A stretch of DNA of 62,968 bases, filler included, from Octopus bimaculoides (GCF_001194135.2; 4 parts of 4 records of this genome joined end to end with filler, not necessarily neighbours in it), one strand, 5' to 3'. Counted from the whole stretch's first letter, positions 28,032 to 41,510 are shown. The notes: a model not told the origin generated them from the sequence alone. Translations and numbers: made by a program.

Positions 28032-29040
28032 TATACTTTATAATATATTATTATTAATATCACGAAATCAATATTAGAAAATTCATCAGAAAGATATATA
28101 CATGTGTAGAATAATTGTTGTATTAAAACTGTATGTAAAAATATATATAAATATGTATAAGTATAAATATATTATATAATAATAATAAATATGTCAGTTT
28201 AAAAATTTTGAATTAAGTTTATAAAGCATCTTACAATCGTTTCACAGAAGTGCTGTCCCTATAACAGAATCCTATATTGATAAGCATTTATAGACAACTC
28301 TTCTGCTCTTCAGAGATTTAAATTTTGAATTTTGTATAATTTATCGAATGGTAGTTTTTTTTTAAATATGAAGTAATATAAAAAGGTGTTTGTTTGAAAT
28401 ATAAATTAAATATTAAAAATTACTGCTTTGCATTTTGGTAAGTACACTTTCAGTATGAGACTTTAATCCATATTTTTTTCCTTGGTTGGTCTTCTAAGGA
28501 ATTTGATACTTTTGTAAATAAGTCACGTCTTGAAATGAGTGGACATATCAATGAAGTGATTGCTGATGTGGAGAAAACTTTGGGGGTCTGTGCTTCAGCA
28601 TTTCAAGTTTTCTATCCAACTTGAGTTAATATTCGGTAATTTAAATATTTTCATGGCCTATGAGAGGTATAATAGTGCCCTGTTGAATTTTTGTTTGCTA
28701 ATTATCCTAAAGTTGATCCCCTGGGATATTTGAGAATAGTAAGTGCAATGTCCACAGACGGTGTCCCAGAAGAGTTGTCTATAAATGCTTATCAATATAG
28801 GATTCCATTATTAAGACAGCGCTTTTGTGAAATAATCGTAAGATGCTTTATAAACTGAATTCAAAACTTTTAAACTGACATATCTATTATTATTATATTA
28901 TATATTTATACTTATACATATTTACATATATTTTTATATATAATTTTAATACAACAATTATTTTACACACATATATATCTTTCTGATGAATTTTCTAATA
29001 TTCATTTCGTGATATTAACAATGATATATTATAAAATATA
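28032..29040 (-). mobile_element. Penelope-like fold-back element: inverted arms of about 274 bp around a GIY-YIG C-terminal remnant
   Basis: Arms 28032-28305 and 28767-29040 are imperfect inverted repeats. The minus-strand spacer translates ILKYSQGINFRIISKQKFNRALLYLS*AMKIFKLPNINS (with a frameshift), like the end of a PLE endonuclease. Confidence 0.6.
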
Positions 29041-29155
29041 CAAAATCGCTCGTATTAAATACATAAATACTTTAATAGTATTAATACTTTGATACAATAG
29101 AGCACTCAATATAAATTCAGTATATAATATTCTCATTGAATATATTTAACTAAAG

Positions 29156-29195
<40 letters not shown>

Positions 29196-29957
29196 ATATT
29201 TGTGCGTGTCTGTGCTTGTCCCCGCCACCATTGCTTGACAACTGATTTTGGTATTTTTATGTCCCCTGTAACTTAGCAGTTTGGCAAAAGAGACCAATAG
29301 AATAAGTACTAGGCTTACAAAGAATAAGTACTGGGGGTCGATTTTTTTAACTAAAGGCGGTGCTCCAACATGGCCACAGTCAAATGACTGAAACAAATAA
29401 AAGAATAAAAGAAAGAATATCTTTTTTTTTTTTTTAACTTGTTTCAGTCACTGGACTGTGGCCATATTAGGGAACTTCCATGAAAGGTTTAGTTGAGCAA
29501 ATCAAACCCAGTACTTTTTTTTTTTTACTAAGCCTGGTACTTACTCTATAGGTCTCTCTTGTTGAACTAAATTATGGGGACATAAACAAACCAACACCAG
29601 TTGTCAAGCAGATCCCAAGAACTGTTGTGCAGGTGAGAAAAGTTGTGTTAGATTTGTCCTGTATAACTTTAGGTTCCATAAATCAAGGACCAATAATACT
29701 GTTGGTCTGTTGAATCAGTTATAAATTTAATAATAATTAAATTTATATAAACTTTAAAAATAAAATTATTTTTGTTGCTAAAGAAATTTGATTAACATCA
29801 TGACTATCAGGAAATCTCTAAAAAAAAAAAAAAGTCTTGAAATTATATCAATGTTAATTAGTAAAAAACATAGTACAGGTTCTACACATTGTTTTAAAAA
29901 AATATTTTTGGTAAAAAGTTTACCATGGAAGTGAAATAAATTTCAAAAACATCTTAC

Positions 29958-30035
29958 CTTCAGTATTTATCAGAGCTTTCATGTCTTCGGTGTTCAATGG
30001 AGAAGCCATAATACAAGATTCAGTATCGGCATATC
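29958..30035 (-). CDS. Internal coding exon of an unidentified minus-strand gene (78 nt, phase 1-1)
   Basis: ttttccag|GATATGCC...ACTGAAG|gtaaga; the only open frame is (G)YADTESCIMASPLNTEDMKALINTE. Confidence 0.55.
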
Positions 30036-30088
30036 CTGGAAAATATATTTAGACAATAATTAGTGTATGCCTGTACTTGTGTGTGTGT

Positions 30089-30151
<63 letters not shown>

Positions 30152-32679
30152 TATTTTGTGTGTATGATGCAGATAGAAGTCTGAAACTGAAGTTGAATGT
30201 ATTTATCCCAACTTAACCAAAACACACCCAATGCATGAAATATAAACATAATAACCTTTGTTATACAAGGGATGACACGTTTGATTTGAATTCAGCTAAG
30301 AATTACATTTCTTCTGTTCTAACAAATAGAAGAATGGTCAAATGAAGTAAGGTGCAGATATTCAACCTAATAAAATTTTTAATTATGCCATGAACCTCAC
30401 ATTGGGGTTGAAAATACCAAACCTTTATGGCATCAACAAACAAAATGTGACAAATAGAATGGGTTAATAGAAGACAATTATGACAGAAGATCAATTGAAC
30501 AAGGTTTATAATCTGGAATTCTTTGACAAAGTATTCTAGAACTGAAATAATTATATTATATTTGTTTTTGTTTTACTTCAAACTTAATAACAATATACAA
30601 AAAAAAAAGAAGAAAAAAAAAAGGAACTGCTGGCTATACTGCACATCAGAAGAAACTCTTTTTAAAAACAGGTAGAATATATATATATATATATACTAAC
30701 AGTTCCAATATGGAGAAAAATAAACAAAAGCTTGGTATTTTTCATTGGAACAGAATGTTGCATTCATGGCTAGTCTTTAGCAATGTAACATACTTTATGC
30801 AACAGATTCAAAAACTAGGAATTATGACGAGCCTAAAAGTATGTGGTGGTAGTGGTGGTGATGGTAGTGGTAGTAGTGAAGAAGGAGTAATTATGATTAA
30901 AACGAAAGACAAATAAGAAATAATACCTTGTCTTTTAAGATGGATAAATTTAATAAAATGTACCTACCTACCCACACACACACACACATACATACATATG
31001 TACATAAATATTTGGAGAATGAATTTATTTGCCCTTGATTGGCATAAATATTTAGAATATTTAAGAGATGTAATATAAGTGTAAGAAATAAAGCTGAACA
31101 ACCAAAACACACACACAAATACTAAAATGCCATTAAAAATAAATTATGTAAACAATTTAGCACAATCCAATTTTCCACTTTGTGTTATATAATTAAATAT
31201 CTTTTTAAATCTTATCTTCTCTGCTAATATGAGCTATTAAATCTCTCTAGAGATACCAATAAATTGATAAAAGTACTACAGCATCAGATAGAATGATCTG
31301 TTGCAATGTTTATTTCAGCTTGTTTTACTCTGAGTTCAAACCCTGCTGAGTTAACTTTATTTTCAACACTCTGAGTAGTACAGAGGTGTTGATTTGACAG
31401 AATTATGATACTAGAGCAAAATGAAATGCTTTGTGGTGTTTGTTGTAGGGTTTTGTGCTCTGTGTTTAAAATGCACTTAGGGTTTCAATTCCCACCAATG
31501 GTCAGGATTAATCACTTGACCATGGATCTCCTATTGATTATGGATGAGAGTTCAATGAAGAGGAGAAGGAATATGTATGTCTAGTACTGGTAACAGTGTT
31601 GGTAATATATATAATGACGGTGGTGATGACAGCGGAAGTGGTGATGACAATGGTAGTGATAATGATGATGAAGAGCACAAAGATGATTTTGATGGTGTTT
31701 ATGATGAAAGGCAAAATAACTGCAAAAAGAAAAAAGTATTCGTCTGTTTGCTTATGAATTCAAATCAACAACTGGGACTTCATTGGTGATTCTGGATAGA
31801 AGCCTTCACCCCCCTCCCCAATCCTGACAAACAAGATCGATCCAACAAATAGATAGGGTTTGTAGTTTTCTAACATACTGACAGTATTAATAAAAAGTAT
31901 TACAACAGTTTATGATCTTCTGATAGACAGGGCTTGGGATCCCTTGACACTTTAGCATTTAAATTTGCCATATTCAGCCAAAATATTCTGTTTTATCTTC
32001 AAATCAGCCAGATCTGGCCTCTCACACCTATCCTATAATGTCAATTTAAAAATAAACAATCGCATCATTGAAATCTTAAAGCTACGAGATAATGCAGGAT
32101 TAATTCAAAACAATGTGAATAAATAAGCATTACATTTGACAAGGTAATCTGAACGCTAAAGGGTTAACAATGAAATAATATTTATAGTTGGCAAACACAG
32201 AGACAGGCAGATGTACAGTTTGCACTCACATGCACATACACAGAAGCAGATAGTTATGGTCTACACCAATCATAAGCAAACTGCAGCCTGTGAGACTTTT
32301 TGAATGGCATATCTAATTTCATGAAGAAAATAACATTTATTAGTGGTGCAGCTTGCTTGATGTTGAGCCATGTTTCATGCAGCCTGTTTCTCACAAAAGG
32401 TTGTCCGTACCTGGGCTACACACATGCATGCATGCACATGCACACAGGCTTATGGTCTACATGCAGCTAGACACATACACATTTGCAAGTCTACCCTAGA
32501 GACACTCATGAAGATTCCTTCAGTTGTGTCTCAATAAAGCAGTAAATTATCAAACAATCATCAGAGAATTGGATAGAAAGCCTTGTGGTATTTGTCGCAG
32601 ATCTTTGCATTCTGAGATCAAATTCCACCACATCCTAGTTGGAAAGTAGTCTTAATCCATGGCTTAGTTTAACAATTAC

Positions 32680-32803
32680 CTGGTACTTTAGCAGAGTCTA
32701 CCCTGTTACAAACAACTGACTTAGGTCTCCAGTTTGAAGGTACACTCTTCTTCCCTCCTCCCAGTCACAGAGACACTGTTAAGGATCCAAAGCATTGCCC
32801 TGG
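32680..32803 (-). CDS. Candidate exon of the minus-strand gene (124 nt; terminal, or containing an in-frame stop)
   Basis: cttttag|CCAGGG...GTACCAG|gtaatt. Every frame has at least one stop; the phase-1 frame gives ARAMLWILNSVSVTGRREEECTFKLET*. Confidence 0.3.
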
Positions 32804-33242
32804 CTAAAAGATTAAACATATGTTAACCAAATGATTAATGAATGATAAAGTTGTTCTGCTGTTGAAGAGGTTCAACTCTATCGTAGTTCCTCACCACTCT
32901 TTAGCCGATCCCTTGCAGGACATTTTGAAATAATTTACTATCTGCTACTCTTAAGTGCAGTCAGAGCTGGGTGGTTAAGAAGTTTACTTCATAAACACGT
33001 GGTCGTGGGTCCAGTCCCACTGTGTGGCATCTTAGGCAAGTGTTCTCATTTATAGTCCTGGGCTGGCCAGTCTTGGACAGAGAATCTGATAGAAGCTCAT
33101 TGTAAAAATGCATTTGTATACATCTGTATATGTTTGTGTGTATGCTGTGATAAAAAGTGTGTGATAAAAGGTGTGTATGTGTGTGTGATAAAAGGTGTGT
33201 GTGGATGGATGTGTGCATAGGGGTGTTTATTACCACAATGAA

Positions 33243-33300
<58 letters not shown>

Positions 33301-33880
33301 CAGAGACACAAGCATACAGATATAGGAAAGAAGAAAATAATAATAATAAAAAAAAAGACAATGAAAGTGATTGTACCTATTATTTAGAGAAATAAAAATA
33401 TTCCATGTTGATATTAATGGCAGAGGTAGAAGATTCCTGAAATACTATGAGAGTAAGAACTGTTCTCAGTGAAACATTATCATGCTGGGGAACTGGAACA
33501 TTCTTTATCCAAATCACAATAACAACATCAACAACAACCACAACAGCACAACACACCTCACCTACACCTTCCACCCTATCTGTTTTACATGAAAAACTTT
33601 AAAACATGAGGATTTCTCCTCCTGCTTTTTATTCCCTTAATTAATTAGAAAGTAGGACACCATGGAACACACATACATACATTCATACACACACACATAC
33701 CTATATATTCATATATATACAGTTTAATACATACATTTTTCATAAACATACATTTTTCATAAACATACATTTTCACATGAACTTACATATAAACATATGC
33801 ACAACCATACACATCCACACATTTGTTGATTTTACATACTTATATACATACAATGAAACACATACACACATCCATAGATA

Positions 33881-33917
<37 letters not shown>

Positions 33918-34143
33918 TTCTTTCCTAAACAAGCACATGTATAAAAATACATAGATTCATATGTATACACTTTTTCATACACATACAACTTGTATCCTAA
34001 ACATACACGCACACACACGCATAACACACACATCTGAGAGGAAATCATAACAGTTATGAGGAATGAAGGCTGAACCCAAAGGAATTCTTCCTCTTTTTTA
34101 ATTTTTTTTTTCAGTGCTCAGGATAAACTGGGTATAGTGTTAC

Positions 34144-34215
34144 CCATATAAACTACTTCAAGACGGTTCTTAATCTCAAAATGTCCAATGACAACTGACT
34201 GGAGAAATTCTTCCA
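34144..34215 (-). CDS. Internal coding exon (72 nt, phase 1-1)
   Basis: acttctctag|TG GAA GAA...TAT ATG G|gtaaca; (V)EEFLQSVVIGHFEIKNRLEVVYM. Confidence 0.5.
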
Positions 34216-34698
34216 CTAGAGAAGTTTTAAGAATGACTTTTCAGAATGAGAAAAAGAAAGGGGGGAAAGGGAGGAGTGTGATGAAGAGGAGGAGAAGAGG
34301 GAGAGAGACAGAGTGACTTAGTGCGCATGTAAGTGCATACAAGTGATTGTGTGTGTGTGTGTGTGTGCAAGTGTATATGGGAGTTTATGTGCTTGAGTGA
34401 GTGTGTATGCACGTGTATATTAATATACATATGTGAACACATACAAACACACACTCAAGCACATAACTTGAGTGTGTGTGTGTGTAAATGTATATGGATG
34501 TCTATGTGCTTACGTGAGTATATGTGTGTGTACACGCATAAAACTGTGTTTATGTTTATGTGCTTAAGCACGTGTATATGTGAATGTGCGTAGGTGTTAA
34601 TGTCGTTAAATACGTGTGTCATTGTGTATGTGTTAGCGTCTGTGTGAATTGCTGTTATTATTTAAGCTATGATCAAAAGTGGTCTACCAGTGGCTTAC

Positions 34699-34725
34699 CA
34701 TTATTTCTTTTCAGACCTAGTTTAT
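34699..34725 (-). CDS. 27-nt micro-exon (phase 1-1)
   Basis: gtacttctag|ATAAACTAGGTCTGAAAAGAAATAATG|gtaagc; (D)KLGLKRNN. Confidence 0.5.
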
Positions 34726-34795
34726 CTAGAAGTACATAATCTAATGTGTCCTTCATTTGTGTGGTGGCCATAATATTGGTAACGCTGTTGCTTAC

Positions 34796-34822
34796 CTTCA
34801 TACCAGATCTGATCCAGCAGCA
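34796..34822 (-). CDS. 27-nt micro-exon (phase 1-1)
   Basis: tatactcag|TGCTGCTGGATCAGATCTGGTATGAAG|gtaagc; xLLDQIWYE; a 70-nt intron separates it from the next 27-nt exon. Confidence 0.5.
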
Positions 34823-35067
34823 CTGAGTATATAACTTCTCTAGATATATATTATTCAGTGTGTTTCAGATGGTAGTGTGTTGTGAGAGAGAGCTTTGACT
34901 GCTATTTCCAGCAAGTTTGGACCACTACATAGAACTCCTTATGGGTGACTAGGAGTGAACAAGTGTAAACAATATTGTGCAGATTCTATAAAATACTTCA
35001 ATTATGTACTGAATGTTAACAAAACAACATTGATAATAATGCAGTAGAGATGCGTTTATAATAAAGA

Positions 35068-35381
35068 ACTATACAGCTAAGTAGACTGGACTGTTGACAG
35101 TTAAGTGTGTTGGTCATGAACACAGTACAGAGAACTATACCACACTGGTACCAACTTACAGCTAGGTAGACTGGACTATTGATAGTTAAGGGCGTTGTTC
35201 ATGGACAGAGTATAGTGAAATATACTACACCGTGGTACCTACTTACAGCTAGGTAGACTGGACTATTGACAGTCAAATGTATTGGTCATGGACAGAATGC
35301 AGTGAATTAGACCACACTGTGGTATGGATGTTGGCAGTTAAGTGTACTGGTCATAGACACAGTACATGTGCCTACTTACAT
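35068..35381. repeat. Minisatellite, about 3.6 copies of an 85-87-bp unit
   Basis: TACAGCTA(A/G)GTAGACTGGACT(G/A)TTGA... restarts at 35072, 35157 and 35244, with a truncated fourth unit. Confidence 0.9.
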
Positions 35382-35956
35382 CAAATATGAGCAGTGACTG
35401 TTTTGTATGTCATCATATCAATGACAAAATACAAATCACAGACTCATCTTGTCTATTTGTCTCATGTCCCATCATCTCTTTTCCCACTTAGTGAGAGACA
35501 CAGGAATAGTAATTTATTATTTATTACAAGATATTTCTCAAGAACAATAAAGACACTCAGCTTTCTTCATGTGTTTCAGTGCTATGGCAACTTCAGTTAT
35601 GATAACATTTTCATTATTAACTTATACTGAAAATAATGTTCTATCAATTTATTTAGATCATTACATGCAACCTAAATCTATTATCCTTAATATCTATAAT
35701 CTTAATAATTGAAATTATATTCTATTTCCCTTCAGTGTTGGGTTAACGAGGAATAAATGTCAAACATGTCATTTTCATTTTTCAATCAGTTCAAATATGT
35801 TTGGGACATTATTTGACCTTTTTTTACAGGTCATTTTCATTTGGTTTGCCTTAGAGAAAAATTCTCGCTTGAGGTAAAAAGTGTAAAATAACTAAATTTA
35901 TTTTGGAGTGTTCCCAATGGACTAATATATGTATTTTGCTACTTATGTTCTTATCA

Positions 35957-36310
35957 GTGGCTGTATGGTAAGAAGTTTGCTTCCCAACCACATAGTTCCA
36001 GGTTTAGTCCTTCTTTGTGGCACCTTGGGCAAGTGTTTTCTACTATAGCCTCAGGCTGACCAAAGCCATGTGAATGGATTTTGGGAGATGAAAACTGGAA
36101 GAAGCCTGTCATGTGTGTGTGCGTGTGTGTAGGTCCCCCACCAACTGGTATTGGTATGTTTACATCCCTGTAACTTAGCAGTTCAGCAAAAGAGATCAAT
36201 AAAATAAGTACCAGGCTTAACAAAATAATAAGTACAGAGGTCGATTTGTTCAACTAAAATTCAAGGTGATGCCCCAGCATGGCCACAGTCAAATGATTGA
36301 ACAAGTAAGA
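35957..36310 (+). mobile_element. SINE family A, full-length, CpG-decayed
   Basis: GTGGCTGTATGGTAAGAAGTTTGCTTCCCAACC...(TG)n...CATGGCCACAGTCAAATGATTGA. Confidence 0.85.
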
Positions 36311-36851
36311 GATACCAAGTAGAGCAACTCTGAAATGACTAAAAGCCTTCACTTCCTTATAAGAAACCAAGAGAAATATCCACTGACTGTGTGCTGTGAC
36401 TGATATGAGAATTTTTCTCCATGGCAGACTGCAGGGAAAAGGGTCAAAGTCAAATATATGCAAAGATATTTGAACTAATCAAAAATTTTGTTTATTTCAC
36501 CACACTGCTTCACATGCCAACCAGATATTTTTATCTATTTTTAAAATCAATTTTTGTGCAGACGAACCAAGTTGCTGTGGAAGCAAAATAAAACCTATAA
36601 CTTGGCGTAATTATATCCTCAAAGATGAAAACAACGCTTACAAATAGTAATAAATATTTGTTGTCTGACATTAATTTAATTTGGGATTAAATCTTCCTTC
36701 AAATTGAAAGGCAGAATCAAATTAAACAAATGCATTCCCCAAATATATTTGCCCAAGATTTCTATAAAATATTGAATAATATTGATGTTTAACATAGCTA
36801 AGACTACATCCCAATGACTGACCCTTCTGTTCAGAGCCAGGATATATTTAA

Positions 36852-37071
36852 CCCTTTAATGTCTAGATTATTCTGTCCAATGAAATGCTTATTCACTTAC
36901 GTAATTCTGAATTGATTAGGTTATATTCCAAAGCTTTGAGATTTCAATGACATGATTGCTTATTTTCAGAATAATATTGTTGGGTAGGGGTGAGATGCTA
37001 GATCCAATAAGTTTTAACCTAAAACAGGCAGAATATTTGAGCTGGATATGGTCAGTTTAAATGCCAAAGGG
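36852..37071 (+). mobile_element. piggyBac-type MITE, intact ends
   Basis: TTAA|CCCTTTAATGTC...GCCAAAGGG|TTAA: TTAA target duplication and CCCTT termini. Confidence 0.8.
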
Positions 37072-37772
37072 TTAAGCTATCTACAGTTATTGATATTCTA
37101 TAAAGCTCAGATGAACCTCATGGTGACCAACCATAAGAATTATTTTTATGTGGCCAATATTTCTGTAAACTGAATGCCCTACACTTAAATAAAAACTGTT
37201 TTAAGGCTGGATAAACAGAAAGTTTATGAAAGAGAAGAAACAATATTCACAAACCATCACCACTAGACACACTGAAAATAATATCTGCAACTCTTACAAA
37301 ATATTTTGTTGTCTAAGGAGAGTCATTATGCCAATATTAATAATACTTGCAAAATAGATAATGCACTCAAGCTATTCTACATAAACTGAAAGTCACAAAT
37401 TTCAGCTGCTTCAAGAAAAATCTCAGTGGTACTCAGATAAACCTCTGTGGTAATCAGATAAGATACTTGACTCAGAAAATGACAATGTGAAAGTATTATG
37501 GACCTTTTAGCATACAGACAGATATGTATCACTTAATAAATCTGATATCATTGACCATCACAAAAATAACAATAGCATTAATTATCAACAAATCAATATG
37601 GAACAACTATAATGTTGTGATAAACAAGATTGAAAATCTAATGAGTTTTACACCAACCTAGCTATTGAATTAAGAACATTTAATGAAAATGTCTTATTTG
37701 ACTCCTGTAACTGATAAAACTGGAAAGGTATACAACCATTTCCATAAAGATACAGATAGTTTTTTTTTTTAC

Positions 37773-37809
37773 CTTTAAAGATAGACATTCTCAAACAGAA
37801 ATTTTTGAG
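37773..37809 (-). CDS. Candidate 37-nt exon (phase 0-1)
   Basis: gccatttcag|CTC AAA AAT...TTT AAA G|gtaaaa; LKNFCLRMSIFK. Confidence 0.3.
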
Positions 37810-38094
37810 CTGAAATGGCTAACTGCAATGCAAGTATGTACAATTGAAAAGTTCCAAAAAGGTTGAAAGGTATCAGGTGCTCTTGCTGAACAATGTAGGG
37901 ATGGATTTTCATCTTCTGATATTTACTGTGTTCTTAACACAGCAAGTCCATAAGAGATGTTATTTCAGGACAAATACAGTAGTAACTGGCCTATTGACTG
38001 TGTACATATAAAATATGATACATAGACGGAAGCAGTTGATGCATTCTTCAAGCCACAAATAACAAATAGTTATCCTAGTACTACACTTTTACTT

Positions 38095-38437
38095 GTTTCA
38101 GTCATTGGACTGCAGCCATGCTGGAGCACTGCCTTGAAGAGTTTACTCAAATGAATCCAACCTAGTTCTCATTTTCTTTTAAAAGCCAGATACTTATTTT
38201 ATCAGTCTCTTTTGCTCTAAGTTATAGGGACATAAACAAACTAATACTGGTTGTTAAGCAATGGTGAGTGACAAACACAAAGTACACACATACACACACA
38301 AATTGGTTTCTTTCAGTTTTGTCTACCAAATCCACTTTCAAGGCCCAGGGCTATAGAAGACACTTGCCCAGGGTACCACACAGTGGGACTGAACATGGAA
38401 CTATGTGGTTGGGAAGCAAACTTCTCACCACACAGCC
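38095..38437 (-). mobile_element. SINE family A, full-length, CpG-decayed (similar copies at 42505-42870, 50818-51188)
   Basis: Colinear with 43131-43527. Confidence 0.85.
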
Positions 38438-38852
38438 ATAACTATTGATAATTAAATATACCAAAAAAAAGTAAAAGTAAAAAAAAAAAAAACTCCAGAA
38501 AATATATATATAATGACATAACTTAATTGCTGAAATGTCATATTAAAATTTTTTTTTTAAATTAATTAAAAGACAAAAATTGGATGACAAATATTGCTAT
38601 GTGATTTTTCTAGGTTTTCATAATCCAAGAGGATGAAAAATACTACGCTTGTAAATTATGACATACGAATATAATTTCAGTCAATGTATGTAATGATAAG
38701 TAATATATATATATGAATGTGAGGGCATGTGTGTGTGTGAAACACACTGAAACAGGTATATATATGTTAATATATATGATAAACACTGAAACAGGTACAT
38801 TTATGCTAATATATATGTAAAAATGACCCGTGTGTGTGTGTGTGTGTGTGTA

Positions 38853-38884
<32 letters not shown>

Positions 38885-39038
38885 TGTGTGAGAGAGAAAC
38901 ACATGGATTATGTATATAATACAAATCCATATACATCACACACATACACATATGTATGTATAAATGTATGTATGTAATATACATTTATAATCCATACAAT
39001 ATAGAATACAACAGTTGGCAGGAAATCATCACACTCAC

Positions 39039-39076
39039 CAAAATTTCTTGATAGATATTATAATAATCAGGTGTAA
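39039..39076 (-). CDS. Candidate 38-nt exon (phase 1-0)
   Basis: cgtttttccag|TT ACA CCT GAT TAT...ATT TTG|gtgagt; xTPDYYNIYQEIL; both splice sites strong. Confidence 0.45.
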
Positions 39077-39795
39077 CTGGAAAAACGGACATTATCACAT
39101 TTACAGGTAGAAATAGTGGCTTCACCAGCCAACTAAGCAACAACAACAACAACAACAAGAAAATTGCTGGGGTGTAGGTGGCCTGCAGGTGGATGTGGTA
39201 GCAGGGTTAGTGGGTGATCAAAGTAAAGTTCACTGTTACTTTTAATAAAAACATTAACTGGTCAAACAACTACTCTTCCTACTCTCCCTTTCTGTTTCTC
39301 TTAACACATACACACACACACAGTCACTCCCTCTCGCTATCTGTCTCACACTGTCACTCCCTCTCCCTCTCTTTCACACACACACACAAAGCCAGAGATA
39401 CACACTCCTGTACCTGTGTGAATATGTGTATATGTAGGTGTGTATGAAAGAATGTGTGAGTGTATGCGGATTTGTTTTTTTCTCTTGTGTATGTATGTGT
39501 GTGTGTGTGCACGTGCACTAATATGTGGCTAGTTTTAGAAAGTAACATTTTATAATCAATCGATTAGATTTGATTGATTGATTGATTGATTGAGATGAAA
39601 AGAAAACAAGTGAATTAAAAACAATGAGTGTTGATGAGAATATAATTAAGAGGACCACAGGTCAATATACAATACCTACATACAAAGTGTAAGTAACCTG
39701 TATACTATACATATATATATAGCCTATGTGTATGGTATGGTCTATACATGATGTGCATACACTCTATACACATGGAATTTCTCTCTCTCTCTCTG

Positions 39796-39848
<53 letters not shown>

Positions 39849-40342
39849 ATGTTTAGCCTCTTTGTCTGGGCATAGAGAAAAACACCTGGATGGGAAGCAA
39901 GTAAGGATTGGTTACAGGAAAGGCATTTGGGCACAGACAATCTGCCTTGATGATTTCCATTTTACCTATGCAAATATATCAAAAGGCATGACAAAATGAT
40001 GACCACTTTCTTCATTGCTATAGTGTTGGTGCCGTAATAAAATACACCACTCTGTTAAGTGTTTAGCAATAGGAAGGTTTCTGGCTACAAAAGCCAAGCC
40101 AGAAATGAAGTAAAGAGTGAGATGTAGCTCTGTGACCCATCTGGAAAGTAACGATTCATCTACCTCATGCCAGCATGGAATGCAGCCATAAAAGGACGTT
40201 AGTGAGGATACATATCATCATCAACATTTTACATCCATTTTCCATGCTGGCATGGGTCGGGCGGTTTGACAGGAGCTGACCAGCTGAAGGGCTGTTCAGA
40301 CTCCCTGTCTGTTTTGGCATGGTTTCTATGGCTGGATATGTA

Positions 40343-40397
<55 letters not shown>

Positions 40398-40563
40398 CAA
40401 TAGTTTAGCTGGCTGAAACTTCAAAGTCACTGTCAACAACATTCTTGTTTAAGAATTGTTTTATTATAACAAAGTAAAATTATTAATATATTAGACAGCC
40501 TCCCAGCCTTGGTCAAACCATACAACCCATGCCAGCATGGACAATGGTCGTTAAATGATGATG

Positions 40564-40646
<83 letters not shown>

Positions 40647-40647
<1 letters not shown>

Positions 40648-40791
40648 TTTTTATATCCTACTTAATGTGATATTTGTCTGGAAAAAGAATCTCGTATAGA
40701 CATATAGTGCCAAAAAAGCCCTATATGTCAATACAATTACCACAGTATTATGGCATTCTTAAAATATACCTACATTAAGTAGGATATAAAA
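40647..40791. mobile_element. Small MITE-like element with 21-bp terminal inverted repeats
   Basis: TTTTTATATCCTACTTAATGT ... ACATTAAGTAGGATATAAAAA. Confidence 0.5.
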
Positions 40792-41130
40792 ATTGCTAAA
40801 AGTACTACTACTGCTTCCATTGCTAATATCTAATTTTTGCCGAGCTTGCTAGCTATTTATGACACCAGTAAACGATTAGTCACTGTTTCTCTAAATATCA
40901 GTAGAGACAAGGCTTGGCTACCATGCAATGACAGTAAATACCTGCTACTGATGACATGCAAACATGCAGAAATCACGTGATTTAGCTACTCCACCACCAG
41001 TGCTGGACATTTCTTGTCCACTGGTGATACATTTGTACAATTTGGCATTAGACATCTATACAAGATACTTTCTCAAGATGAATGCCACAGTATTATGGTG
41101 TTCTTAAAGGCTCCTTAGGAGCCATTTTGT

Positions 41131-41450
41131 ATGGCTCAGTGGTTAGAGCATCAGGCTCACAGTCATGAGGTAGTGAGTTTAATTCCCAGAGCGGGTTGTG
41201 TTGTGTTCTTGAGCAAGATACTTTATTTCATATTGCTCCAGTTGACTCAGCTGTAGAAATGAGTTGAAATGTCACTGGTGCTAAGCTGTATCGGCCCCTT
41301 TGCCTTTCCCTTGGATAACATTGGTGGCATGGAGAGGGGAGGCTGGTATGCATGGGCGACTGCTGGTCTTCCATAAACAACCTTGCCCAGACTTGTGCCT
41401 TGGAGGGTAACTTTCTAGGTGCAATCCCATGGTCACCCATAACCGAAGGG
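41131..41450 (+). mobile_element. tRNA-derived SINE, family C (partial minus-strand copies at 13240-13375 and 52740-52897)
   Basis: TGGCTCAGTGGTTAGAGCATCAGGCTCAC...GAGTTTAATTCCC (A/B boxes), followed by GTGTTCTTGAGCAAGATACTTTATTTC. Confidence 0.75.
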
Positions 41451-41510
41451 AGTCCTTATGCATTAATTCAGGGACAGGCAATTCAGTTAATTGGACAACT
41501 GAATTCTCAC

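Noticed and set aside
28981-29015. CTGATGA in the arms of the 28-kb palindrome as a hammerhead
   Set aside because: No downstream helix II plus GAAA on the same strand.
31577-31789. Acidic D/G-rich ORF
   Set aside because: Degenerate (GAT/GGT)n repeat with no convincing splice context.
33391-33460. Possible short exons on either strand (minus NLLPLPLISTWNIFISLNN; plus EIKIFHVDINGRGRRFLKYYE)
   Set aside because: Phases do not fit the neighbouring exons, and both strands look equally plausible, which suggests chance.
35068-35381. CRISPR-like array
   Set aside because: Units are similar along their whole length with no unique spacers, and the DNA is eukaryotic; it is a minisatellite.
41131-41200. 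tRNA gene (also the SINE A and B heads)
   Set aside because: A/B-box-like motifs continue into shared SINE bodies, and no full cloverleaf is evident.
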